This document shows, in pieces, positions 52,093-64,000 of a stretch of DNA of 64,000 nt (the first letter of the stretch is position 1; each line of letters starts with the position of its first letter). Position numbers and translations under genes: made by a program. The DNA comes from Antedon mediterranea (taxonomy: Eukaryota > Animalia > Echinodermata), in contig NC_092671.1 in assembly GCF_964355755.1 (NCBI RefSeq), positions 39,380,304-39,444,303 on the forward strand, in the 5' to 3' direction. The notes beneath the pieces are model-generated. The model saw only the letters and a program-made list of their open reading frames with translations, ran no database searches and was not told the DNA's origin.

Positions 52093-53639
52093 TTGTACGA
52101 GTGCTACATAATAATGGTGGAAATTAATTAATTTAAGTTATACTACCGTATCTGTTTATATGAAACATTAAAGCTAGTAGTTTATGCTATAAGGCAGAAT
52201 AAAACAACACAATTAGATGTATGTACCGGTAATTCATAAAGATTGGAATTTCCTCGAGTTTATAAATAGCTCAACAGAGTTTTCTATCTTTAACTTTTAA
52301 TGTGATTAAATGGTTAATATATGGACACTCCTCCGTTTCATAAAACACACTTTATGTTAACCTTCATCGGTAATTAGTAATCAATTAGAATCAGTACTAA
52401 AAACAGCAAATTATAATAATTATGCATTGTTATTATATGAATTTACGTTCGAACAAGCTATACTATAGGCCTACTGTAAATGTTTACGGATCGAAGGTTA
52501 AAAATCACGAACACTGTTTGTTCAAAATGTTCAACAAGTTGTTGATAAAATAATTTGGCCTATTTTATAAGTCGATGTGTACAATGTTGGCACCTTTTAA
52601 GTAGTAAAATATATCGGCAGTGGATAGGGAAGAGTGTAATTTCACTTTTCCCTCAAAATACATACCTGTTGATGACTTCCTTTTTTCAAAATGTACCGTA
52701 ATCGCTTTAAGTGTATCGTCGTTCAAAATATTGTCACTATCACGAGCTTGTGATAGCCAACATATCACATGCTACAACGAACTTTGAACACTACTATTAT
52801 ACTCACCTTAGTTACATCAGGTAATTTGGACACTTTGTGACATCATTGCCAGTGTAACATACCGATAAATTTAACACTATAGAAGTTATGTATTAAAATG
52901 TACTGTGTGCCTTTATAACATTGCTGATGTTAGTGTTGAAAACAAAACACCACTATTTCTTGTACTTTAATCGAAAGTTATTGTGAAAGAGCGATACGGT
53001 GTTGATAAATCCGCGTAGGCCAATATGAAACTCTGATTATGTTAAGAGAAATTTGTAATATACGAGACGAAGAAACACCCGAGTTTTGGTTCGTTTTCAC
53101 ATTATATTGGATGATTATCATCACATCAATAAAGATCTCTACTTGAAATAAAGTAAACACAATGTAAATACTCATATAGTAACTAATGCAGAAATATAGA
53201 TATAAAACATCATTCTATTTGGTTACGTTCACATTTCGATGTATTTTCACTATTAGTGCAAAGAACTCCTAATTATTTTGATTACGAGTCTTACCTAATA
53301 GCATTTCCACCTTCGCGACAAAGCGCGCCCTCAAGACATATAAAAAGACCCAAATTGGGTTCATCAAGAAAATATTGACACCGTTAATTATCTGATTATC
53401 TTATCAACATTTGATTTTTGTTTAGATTTTATTAGGTAAGCATCTTCTAATTGTTATATTTTATTTTACTTTCTTAGATTAAATAATCGTAATGTGTCTT
53501 CTACTTTTCAGTTTCAGTTTCAGTTTTTATTTTCCAATATAAACAAGTGTCATGAATATAAGCAAAAATGGAAGGATGACCAAAAAAGAGCAAAGCTCGT
53601 ACAGTATTTGGCCACCTTAACAAAATAATTAATACATAA

Positions 53640-54480
53640 TACAAACATAATTGAAGCACAGGACGAGACAATACTAGCTAAACATGTTGGCATATGAACT
53701 CAAAGATAGTGCGCTATATCATGCTTCACCAAGCAAATCGTGAGTAGGTGTGCCAAAATACAGTCTTAGTTAAAATTCCGAGAGAAAGACATGTCAAAAA
53801 ACTGTCCTTTCCTACAATTCGGAATATTTGTCAATTTACATTTCCTTGATATTGTAACTTAAAAGCAATGCATTAAGTTAGGCCTAGGATAACTTTTCAG
53901 TCAAAATATAGAAGAGGAAGTTAGGTAAGTTAATCTAGACTACCTTAAAATCAAATTGTATTTACATTAGTTTCTCCTCGGCTGTACTAACATTGTGTTG
54001 TAGTGTTCAGCAAACCATAGACCTTAGCAAACAATGCCGTCAGTGGCCTTCTTTAGAATTGTATATAAAGGTTGTAATAAAGGCTTAAATATCCTATTGT
54101 ACTGTATTCCTAACACTGCACTGAAGTTAAGTCAACTAACAGAAAAGAACCGATATACGTAAACTTGTACTTTCATTGAGAGCATTTCTAAACTTCATCC
54201 AATGTTTCATATTTCCATCTTTTACTTTTAGAAATTGGAATTAACTACACAATGGTATCTTTTCGGTAAGTTTCTTTCTATTTCTGTTATCACTTTCCAT
54301 TTCTACCAAACCAGAGAGAAATGGTAGGAAAATAAATTCCATCCTGCAACGTGTAATACGCAGAAGTGAAGTGGACAGACTGCAGATCCTCAGAGATGGG
54401 TTCAGCTAAAAAAACACAACAACATAAAAATGCATATATACGAGTGGTCTGGTGGAATGCAGGAGCATCAACACGCAGTG
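53640..54480 (-). mobile_element. Possible degraded LINE (RT) fragment
   Basis: Minus strand near 54150-54175 reads KYKFTYIGSF, like the F.YLG motif after LINE RT domains. The rest is broken by stops. Confidence 0.3.
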
Positions 54481-54623
54481 GCCATGAGCGGTACAGTCAA
54501 TAGCCACCATAATATGTGATCTAGTATTACGGTTACAAGGACCAGTAGGCCTACCAGTAAAATGCTCTTTTTAAAATCACAAGTTTAAATTATTAAGTTT
54601 TTGTTTTCTGTTACAGATTTAAG

Positions 54624-55992
54624 ATGCGTGTCGTCACTATTCTGGGGATTATTACTTTATCAATAATAGTATTCTTTTATTTAGATTGTAAGTATTACAA
54701 TATTTCTTTAAAAATTTACATTGAAACTTGCATTTCAAGAAGCAAAGTCGATCTTATTATTAAAAATTGACGGTACAGCATTGAATTCCTAAACTGTAAA
54801 AGGAAACAAAATTTGAGGATGCCTCAGTAGTAAAGTAAAGCTCTGTCTACACTATCAAACTTTATGTGACAAAAAATGTGATGTGCTCAAATATGGAAGT
54901 GATATGAGATCATCATGTCCACATGGGCACATAAAATTTTTTTGTCACATAAAGTTTGATAGTATTGACAGAGCTTTAGACATTAACATTTGTTATGTGA
55001 ACCGTATTATTAATAAATCAGTTAGAACATCAGTTAATAAAAGAGAGATTTATTTATTTGTTATTATTTAAAATTCACATTCATTCATGTTACATTATAG
55101 ATATTAGACATTGTACCTATTAAATACTTTAATACAACTTATGTTTTTAGTGGACAATAGTGTAAAACTAAGGCCAAAAGATGATACATTTCCAGGCAAT
55201 GTGCCCCGAAATCCATCACAGCAGACCAAACAATATGAAGAAGTCATGAAGAAAACTGTTGTTTTAACTTCAACAAACTCTGGATTTTTAGACATAGCAA
55301 TAAATTGGTTGGAATCAATTAAAAAACTTGGTATACATCCTAATATAATACTGGTGGCAGAGGATGAAGAAGCATATAATACGTTACTACCGTATAACGA
55401 TTCAACAACGTTTATTCGTAAAGGTACTTTGGCTCAATCTACCAACAAGAACAAATTAGTCTACGACACACCAGAATATAAGAAGCTTGTTTACAGACGG
55501 CCACGGTACATTTTAGATGAGCTTGAAAAGGATAGAAACGTGTTCTTCTGTGACGTCGACACAGTCTGGTTACAAGATCCTTTTCCATATTTCGTTGGAG
55601 ACTACGATATTATTCTACAACGAGATATGTTCTTTAAGAAACACGTTGCATACTGCGCAGGAATGGTGTACTTTCGCTCATCTAACCTGGTAAACAATTT
55701 TGTTAAGGATTGGACTCAGCAGACATTGAAAGAGAATTTAAAGAGTAACAAAAATGATCAGACCATTCTAAATGCTTTATTACTTTATAAATCGTATTCA
55801 AGTACATTGAAACGGAAGGTTTTAAATTCTGATGAGTTTCCAAACGGACAGTTATTTTTCAACGATTCGAGGATTGCATATAGGAACGAAGCAGTGGTTG
55901 TGCACAATAACTGGGTGATTGGACACGATATCAAAGTGGAAAGATTCAAGAAGACTGAATTGTGGCTTGTTGATAAATTACGCAATAATTAA
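54624..55992 (+). CDS. Nucleotide-diphospho-sugar transferase (GT77-like; RGXT/MGP4 xylosyltransferase-like), type II membrane protein, ~301 aa
   Basis: Exon 54624-54687 encodes the TM anchor MRVVTILGIITLSIIVFFYLD and splices in phase to 55151-55992. Motifs are NWLES, DVD (DxD) in FFCDVDTVWLQDPF, YCAGMVYF, NDQTILN, FPNG and HNNWVIG..IKVERFK. A probable 5' non-coding exon ends at ~53435, with TATAAAA at ~53338. Confidence 0.88.
54839..54975. mobile_element. MITE family A (in the glycosyltransferase intron)
   Basis: Family TIRs flanked by TAA/TTA. Confidence 0.85.
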
Positions 55993-56698
55993 CATTACAT
56001 CATTAGTATTATCAGATAAAGATTGGTGTCCACTAGCAACGCAAGCACGTAAGTGATTTGACCAATTACAAGCGATGGATTATTCGAACAGTGGCTTGTC
56101 ATTGATCAACTTGCGTTGCGCGTACGTCCTTGCGTTATGGTCTCTAGTGGGATCTAAGCTTAACAACTTTTCTCACAGTTAATGGCAGCTGACAAAAGAA
56201 TACATTCCAAAATGTTTAATAAAAATATAGTGAAGGCATTCCATTGTAAGCTAACGTATCCAATAACATTACAATTACAGTACCTAGCCTATACTATACT
56301 TAAAGATTTGTAGCGAAAATTTTAGTTTGTTATTTTAAAGCCTTTTGTAATATAATATAGTAATGAAATCACTTCTTCGGTAAATGCCTTCTTGGAAAAC
56401 TTCTTTTTGCCATTTTTACAAAGTCTTTGCCAATATCAAGATCTACCAAACGATTCTGTAAAAAGTAACATTCAATTAGAAGTTTTGTCTCATAGCTAAT
56501 GAACTATATTTTAAAGATATGCACTGTGTATGCGCAAATTTAGAAATATAAGCCTATATTATTCTTGGTTTGAAAGTCAATCGTTGCTTTTGTGTATCAC
56601 AAATCACAATCGAAAAAGTTTGATAACACAAAATGGACACATTAAAAGAAGGCAAACGTCTCTATAACCGGACAAACATCCAATGTAAACCAAACTTA

Positions 56699-56861
56699 AG
56701 CTCTGTCTACACTAACTAATGTGTGACAAAAAAAATGCGATGTGCCCATATATGGACATGATGATGTCATGTCACTACCATATTTAAGCATATCACTACC
56801 ATATTTGGGCACATCACACCTTTTTTTTTTATCAAACTTGTTTGATAGTGTAGACAGAGCT
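56699..56861. mobile_element. MITE family A
   Basis: TTA|AGCTCTGTCTACAC...GTGTAGACAGAGCT|TTA, with a TTA target-site duplication. Confidence 0.85.
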
Positions 56862-57700
56862 TTATTGTTTTACTACTCAGTACTATTAGCCAAGTTCGCA
56901 ATCAGTGCTTTTACTTACCATTACTATTAGGTATCGATCCGGTTGGCTATTTCCTTCAGTAAATATTGCAGTTTCGTCTTCGAGTTCATGGAACAGTATA
57001 TATGTCTCATGCGATATACCCTCACGCATGGCTGATGTAGCCAGGCCGGTTACTGATACCAAATCTTCAACACTTTTTGAGAAGCCTATAAGTTTAGAAG
57101 AAAATTAACATTAATGTTAAATAGATTGCATTAAAATTGGTATATGCCACTACGGTTATCATTAAACAAAATAAACGATCGCATCGTAACGAAATTTTGC
57201 ATCTCAAAACTTTTGACCTAATATTAGTAACAATGTTTTGGCACATATGCCGTTTCATACGTATATTACTTAGAGACAAAAATCGAAACGTCGACTGTTT
57301 GTTGGACTGACATTAAAAAAGACAATAAATTTTACCACCTCTCCTCCAAAATAGCTGATTAAAACACATATTGTCGAGTAAAAAGACAATATAAAGTCCC
57401 GACTCAAAGAGTAGGGAATTGAGTATGCCAACGATAGTCTATTTGTAAACGGTAATAATGTGTTGTTAACGTTAACTATGCTTGTATTTATTGCCTAAAA
57501 TTATTATAGTGAAATAAATCCGTGTTTATTTATATGTACGATCCCTTAACACGCCTTGTACCTGTATTATTCATTACATTGAATGATATATGCACAATGT
57601 CGCTAAAATGATAATTCAAATGGATTACGTCATTGTTTGTAATGTGAATGTCAATTCTGCAACGTTTGATGAAATAACTGTACGCATATAATTACTATAC

Positions 57701-57797
57701 CAAGGTATTCATAACGTTAGTAACGTTAGTAACGTTCATAAGGTATTCATAACGTTAGTAACGTTAGTAACGTTCATAAGGTATTCATAACGTTAGT
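57701..57797. repeat. ~37-bp tandem repeat containing 9-bp TAACGTTAG subunits
   Basis: AAGGTATTCATAACGTTAGTAACGTTAGTAACGTTCAT x ~2.5. Confidence 0.85.
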
Positions 57798-58948
57798 AGT
57801 TCCACAACAAAGTCACTCTTAATTTCTATGTTTGTTCTTTATACATGTTCTATTGTAATAAGGATAAAGTTCACAGTAAAGTACCCTCCTATTGTATGGA
57901 ATAGCCAAGTTCAAGTTACGCAAAATGCCTGATGAATTAAGGAATATTCACATAACATAATCACTTGACTAATATAATAGGACTTATTTTACATATTGTT
58001 ACTCGTGAATAATTGTTCATAACAATGTGAGATATACTAGTTAAAGCACCATATGTACATTAATCCAATGATTTTTATTTTTGCATATTTTTATTTTTGC
58101 ATATTTTTACTTGATTTGATTTGGAAAATCATCATAAAATATATATAAAGGATGACATAATTTAATAGAGTTGGAGTTGGAGTGGAGTTGTGGCCTGGTG
58201 GTTATGATGCTTGGCTGCCAATCCAAGGGTCCTGGGTTCAAGTCCTGTCATATGTCAGGATTTTTTCTAATGACAATTTACAACTCCACTCCCAAAGACT
58301 TGTAATAAAGACTTTGTTTATGTAGAGCATTGTGTGTATATGTTTGTCTCGTGAACGGATTGCCACCTTTAAGAAGGATAGTGATTGAATTTGCTTATGG
58401 TTATCCTTGGCAATTTGCCTAAATATATAAAATAAAAATAAAAATAATGACATTACGAATAAATACATTTATAAAAGATTTTCCAGGATAGCCCAAACAG
58501 CTTATTAGCTTATTTCTATTAGGATCTTTTTTAATCTAAATAAAATGAGTATTGCATTATAAACACTTACATATAACAACAACATATATTTATAAACAAT
58601 AAAAAGACTATGATTGTAGTTATTTAGTAGATAGGACAGTAGAACTCATCCCTATCCCAAATTACCTACATAACAATGACGTCACCGTCTCTGCACATAC
58701 CTAATAACTGCAGCACTGCTTTCCATCGTTTTTGTGTTTCTTTTCTGATGGCACGAATTGAATTTATTTTTGCTTCTACGTCACTATATTGCTAAAAAGA
58801 TAATTGTAATTCAGTATTAATATTATATATTATCAAGCATGCTTTCCAACCAGCAACATTAAAATACATTAACTGAGGCTTATAGGCCCTATCATAATAT
58901 AATATAGTTAAGTTCGTACCCAACATAGCAATATTATTAATAGGCTTA

Positions 58949-59098
58949 AGCTCTGTGTACACTATCAAACTTGTGATGATGTTTACCCATGGACACGATA
59001 ATGTCATATCACTACGGTATCATATTTGGGCATATCACTACCATATTCGGGCACATCACACGTTTTTGTCAAACTAGTTTGGTAGTGTAGACAGAGCT
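58949..59098. mobile_element. MITE family A
   Basis: TTA|AGCTCTGTGTACAC...GTGTAGACAGAGCT|TTA. Confidence 0.85.
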
Positions 59099-59718
59099 TT
59101 AGTATAATATATTAAATTGTAAGATAAGCATAACACAGTAGTATGTCAAGCCCCGGATGTAGGCGGGAAATACAATAGACCTACTACAGTCGTGCTGCTG
59201 TGATAGTATGAATATTTAGAAATACGTCAGAATACCGAGCATGATTTTAAACCAAAGCCGAAGAAATTATTACTTTGAAAGTGGCATTTTAAAAGCAATA
59301 GTCTACACTATCAAACTTTATGTGACAAAATATATGTATATGAACATGATGATGTCATAGCACTACCATATCTGAGCATATTACTACCATATTTTGGCAC
59401 TTTACACTTTTTTGTGAAACTAGTTTGATAGTGTAGACAGAGCTTTAATGTGCGTAACGTTTACTTATACGCATGATAGATGATTTATTTTGTCACCACT
59501 TCGCGACAAGCTCTGTATCGTGACATTTCATCAATATGGTATATTTACCGGTGAACCTGGCGGCAAACCAGAGTGTTGCTGTATCAATTCGTATAATTCT
59601 CTGTCATCGTCTGCCTCTATGTGCGTATAATCATCCGGGATACTCCATATGTTGATTTCGTTTTCTAATTCACTGGTAGGCTGTTGTAGCACTTTCGTTT
59701 CATCCGGTTTATATGTAC

Positions 59719-59912
59719 CAAAGCTGCATCAAAATAAACACACAAATATTATTTTGGTTACGATGTTATTACTTTATCTATGGGAAGGCCTATGTACACG
59801 ATAGGTTGTTAGTCGGCGATATATGTGGCAAAGCTGCATCAATAAACACACACACACATAATTATTATGGTTACAATGTTATTACCTTATCCATGGGAAG
59901 GCCTATGTACAT
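59719..59912. repeat. Tandem duplication of ~110 bp
   Basis: CAAAGCTGCATCAA...TAAACACACA...TGGTTAC.ATGTTATTAC.TTATC.ATGGGAAGGCCTATGTACA occurs twice. Confidence 0.8.
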
Positions 59913-60659
59913 TTTTACAATGGGTAGTTAGTCATCTTATCGATAAAACAAATTATTGATTAAATAGACATATAGGATTTTAATTAAAGTGAAAATGTAC
60001 AAACACTAGACCTACTAGTATATATTAGGCCTCCTATACCAGACATTTACGCAACGATACTGTGGTATTGATATCAACTAAAAATAGTCCTAGCGAGTCC
60101 ATTTGATGGAAAACAGATTTTAAACAGGAGACGGGTCTTCCAACTGTATACTTACTATAATAAAGGTGTAGCCTCTGTTGAGTGTGATTTTCCTTTAAGA
60201 CAACACCATCCAGTTACCGTAAACATCTTCGTTGTTTTTAACTTTAAAATATAACCATCGGTTTACATGCAAATAATAGCATCATTGTCGCTAACATTAG
60301 GTTTTCGTACCAGCAAGTCTAAAATCCAAAATACTACGTCACGCTGCAGTATATCATATTTTAAATACCAACTTTGTTTTGATGGTAGTAGGTTGAATCA
60401 CGATAACAATACAGTGTATTGTTTGTGTTAATTGTATTAAGGGCTGTACATAATTATTATTAACAATGCACATGTCTGAGCTGTCTAAAATGATGTGTTC
60501 ATATACAAAATTGAAAAGGAACACTTAATTAGTTATAAGCACACTTAATTAGTACTGGTCATTAGTTTAATACGTATATTACAAATGGCACTATACTTCA
60601 TATTTGTGCATGTTGAAACCTTAAACAAACTCGTACACATGAAACATCAAAGTAGACAA

Positions 60660-60815
60660 AGCTCTGTCTACACTATCAAACTAGTTTGACAAAAAAGTGT
60701 GATGTGCCCAAATATGGTAGTGACATGCCCAAATATGGTAGTGACATCATCATGTCCATAATATGGACACATCACATCTTTATGTAACATAAAGTTTGAT
60801 AGTGTAGACAGAGCT
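60660..60815. mobile_element. MITE family A
   Basis: Perfect TIRs AGCTCTGTCTACACTATCAAACT / AGTTTGATAGTGTAGACAGAGCT. Confidence 0.9.
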
Positions 60816-63800
60816 TAAGAAATGGCCATGGAGGGAAAATGGTATGACAGCCAATACACAAGCTATAGCTACAGATTTCAACTCTCTTTATCTGTTATGG
60901 AATTCCTCCCGTCATATTGTTGTTACCATGTTTTATTCCTTTCATTTTAACTATTTTCTTGTTACAATAGAGTGTCGGTAGATTCTGAATGTTTGGGTAA
61001 ATATGTCTCATGGTGGAAATTAAGGTATACATTGATTTCCCTTTGTACTAAAATTGCGTAATCTTCTAATTTAAAAGAACAATAATAATGACGAATATCG
61101 GTGCCTTTGAAACACTCATGCTAATGTGACGGATACTTAATTTTGGGGGCGTGGTTCCGGCTAAAAATTAAGACACAGAATGGGTTAATTAAGCTTCCTG
61201 TGTTTGGAGGCAAAGCACGCGGTACAAGCAGTGATTTCAAACTTAATTTTTGATTTTTTTTAACTAAGCGAGAAGTCACCGGGTTGTTGACCTAACAATT
61301 TAAACTTGTTAAAAAAGTTTTAACACAAAACATTCATTTGTTCTAATTTAAGGTTATATCCCAAGCATTTTAATTGTTTTTTTGACCAAAATATGAACCC
61401 AATCCCGATGGAATCGTATTAGTCCCTTGTAAGCATTGATGATATGTTTCCATTCGTCAGCAGTGACACTGAAGTTCAAATGTTCCGTAGCTTAATTGTA
61501 ATTGGTCAACTTCCTTGCGTTGGGTGTGCGACATACGTTCATGCGTTTGCGTCAGGCAAACGTGAGTGATTTGACCAATCACAAGCGATGGACTATTCAA
61601 ACAGTGGCTTGTCATGGTCACATAGCTTGCGTTGTGCGTTCGTCCGTGTGTTTCGTCTCTAGAGTGTGAACAACGCTTTAGGATGCGTGCGTACGTCAAT
61701 GCGTTGCTGCATGTGGAAACAAGATTTGGACACATCTAACTCGTCGCGTATTGGTTACGATAATCTGCAGTATTATACGGCTCTTTTGGTGTCACTGTTG
61801 TGAGAAGAATTCTCCGAGCACGTGACTTCTATTCTCTGCTGTGACACAAGTGATGCTTAGTCAGACTATAATTTGTAAAGTTCCGGCAGGAAACTGCTGA
61901 TGTTGGATTGGAACGCACTCAGACGATGAGTCATCAGCCGCGGGAGGATCTCCTAACCCTGAGAATATTATAAAACAAAATCTGCAAAATGGTCAGTGAA
62001 TCCGTGAAAATCAAGGGATGTATACACGAGGCATACTCATTCAGTATCCATAACCTAGGTGTTATTTTTAGACATAAGTTAATCCTCATAATTATCTGAT
62101 TCCTGAATACTTGCAATAATTGCGTCACTAGAGTTGTACTTCAGTAGTGTAGACATTGCAGGTGTAGACAAAGAACAACAGGCTTTAACAAGTTACACTT
62201 TTGTTTATATTTTTTTTTATTTAGCAAATGTTGTGTTGTTGCAGTATGCAAGTGAAACATCAAATAATTTATGAAATTAATGTTCTTCTTCTATTTTGTT
62301 ACTGAACCTAAACAATAAAATACATTTCTTTTTCATCAACATATGAATAAATGTTAGTAAGGTATATTGTTCGAAATTTCTTCAAGTTAAAGAACCTTGA
62401 TGATCACAAAACTACATTTTTTCTGGGTCAATTTAAATGAATTTTAACTTTTTTTATTTTCCAACCTCAACTTTTCTACATTTCTTGGCACTACAGTACT
62501 TCTGCAAACTGCTCGTCGTTATCACGTGACTCTATAACGAACGTTTCCGTGCGTTGTTTTAGAACCTGACATTGCTGGTTTGGCCAGGATACATCTTAGA
62601 CTGTTGTAACATCTCTGCAGGCAGAGTAATATTTTTCTTCCATATTTTTTTAAACTTTACATTGCTTCGTTTTTGGACTTACAAGATGCCAACAACAAGA
62701 TCGGAGGATGAGCTCAATTTGGTAATTCTTTTTTTGTTATTTAATTTCAGATCAGAAAATGTGCAATAAGTCCATAAAAGAACAACACTTATAAGTTACG
62801 GCAGAAATACGGTATGTTTTTGATGTAAACTGCATGAATTCATTGCTCGTACCGTACGTTATCTCTGTAATGTTTTTCCGTCAGTATTTGGTCAGATATT
62901 TTGCTCCAGAAGCAAAACTCCACAGTAGTTAAACATTCAATTATCATAAGCTATACTTTTGTCAATAGGAGGCCTATATTGGTTTAATCGAAAAAGTTAT
63001 AGATGCAAAGTTAAATGTAAATGAAAATTGTCTATAATTAGGCCTAGTGATATGTAATGCCAAAATGTGTCTGACAAAATGACACGTGGATTCGTATTTA
63101 CCCACGGTAATGATGCTTATTTTACTTTTTATTCAAAAATTTTGTACAGCTAATGTGGTGAAAACCTTTTCATCTGGTTTCGATTTAGCTAATGTTAATC
63201 TATAAAATCTCTAATATTTTGCAGAATGTCTTTCGCAATCTGCCGTACGTTACTTATTAACAAGATATTAAGAACTATTTTTGATTTTGATATCTGTTAA
63301 ATAAAATGCATAAAATGAAAGCAGTGGCTGAATGTATAGTTTAGGCCAAAGATAGTTCTTATTGATATCATCCATTTTAATTGTATTTCCTGCTAGCGGT
63401 TACGAAAAAGGTGATAGGGCTAATTTGCTTAATTGATTGTAGTGTTTGCCAAGTATATTCAACCATTGCTGCTGCAGAGGATAAGTTGCATTTCCGTTAA
63501 TCAGAAAAAAAAACGGTTTCTTTCAATTAACAATAAATAATTGTATTTCCGTAATATTACTACAAGACAAAAGAAACGTAATAACAATAAGTTTTATTTT
63601 GATTGGCAAAACTTGTAGTTATGTTTTATTTTACATGGAGTTATTTGATTTCATCCCATGCCGTTTTTGTTCAATTTTAATATTGGCGAATTGAACATCG
63701 TGAAAACACTTGCATGCCCATGTAGACAATTTATTAACAGTAGGCCTAATATTATTGTCCTTCGTTCAGTATCTTAATTAGTTATCCGCACCATGCCGGA

Positions 63801-64000
63801 TAACTCCTTGAAATCGTTATGGTACTATTTTCTTTGAAAAGCTGGCTATTGTCAAGGTTTTACTCATTATTAAGGGGACGTCCTTAAGAAATAAGAAATA
63901 TAAACAAATGTATTTATGTCTTTCCTCTGTGCTGAGACAAACGGAACAATTATTCCAAACCATTAGTCACATTACGCTTGGGCTTTATTTTAGATCAATT

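Noticed and set aside
55111-55150. ORF-track start of the glycosyltransferase (TTG at 55111)
   Set aside because: It lies in the intron; the true N-terminus is the TM exon at 54624-54687 spliced to the acceptor at 55150.
62390-63865. Possible larger Kolobok-like element or short exons (62688-62721, 62751-62811)
   Set aside because: Terminal similarity is only ~8 bp (AACCTTGA) and the putative exons give no coherent ORF; support is insufficient.

Overview
This is AT-rich, intron-containing genomic DNA from an invertebrate animal. It is not prokaryotic, and most six-frame ORFs are spurious or come from repeats. Reading splice sites by hand gives these spliced genes: HAT1 (+, 4227-8078), RSU1 (+, 11454-15011), an Mnx/HB9 homeobox gene (-, 30173-43542, 12-kb intron), a Q-rich orphan head-to-head with Mnx (+, 44961-48051), melanoregulin MREG (-, 49268-52092, one GC-AG intron) and a GT77-type nucleotide-diphospho-sugar transferase (+, 54624-55992). 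The most notable item is a short, apparently non-coding spliced gene (-, ~8760-11130) divergent from RSU1. It carries two tandem intronic box C/D RNAs whose D-box guide is complementary to the anticodon loop of elongator tRNA-Met, placing the D+5 position on wobble C34 (SNORD97/SNORD133-like). The window also holds a 2.1-kb Mutator/foldback-like element, many TWA-flanked (Harbinger-like) and TTAA-flanked (Kolobok-like) MITEs, tRNA-derived SINEs and several minisatellites. All homology calls are from memory of the families; no search was run.
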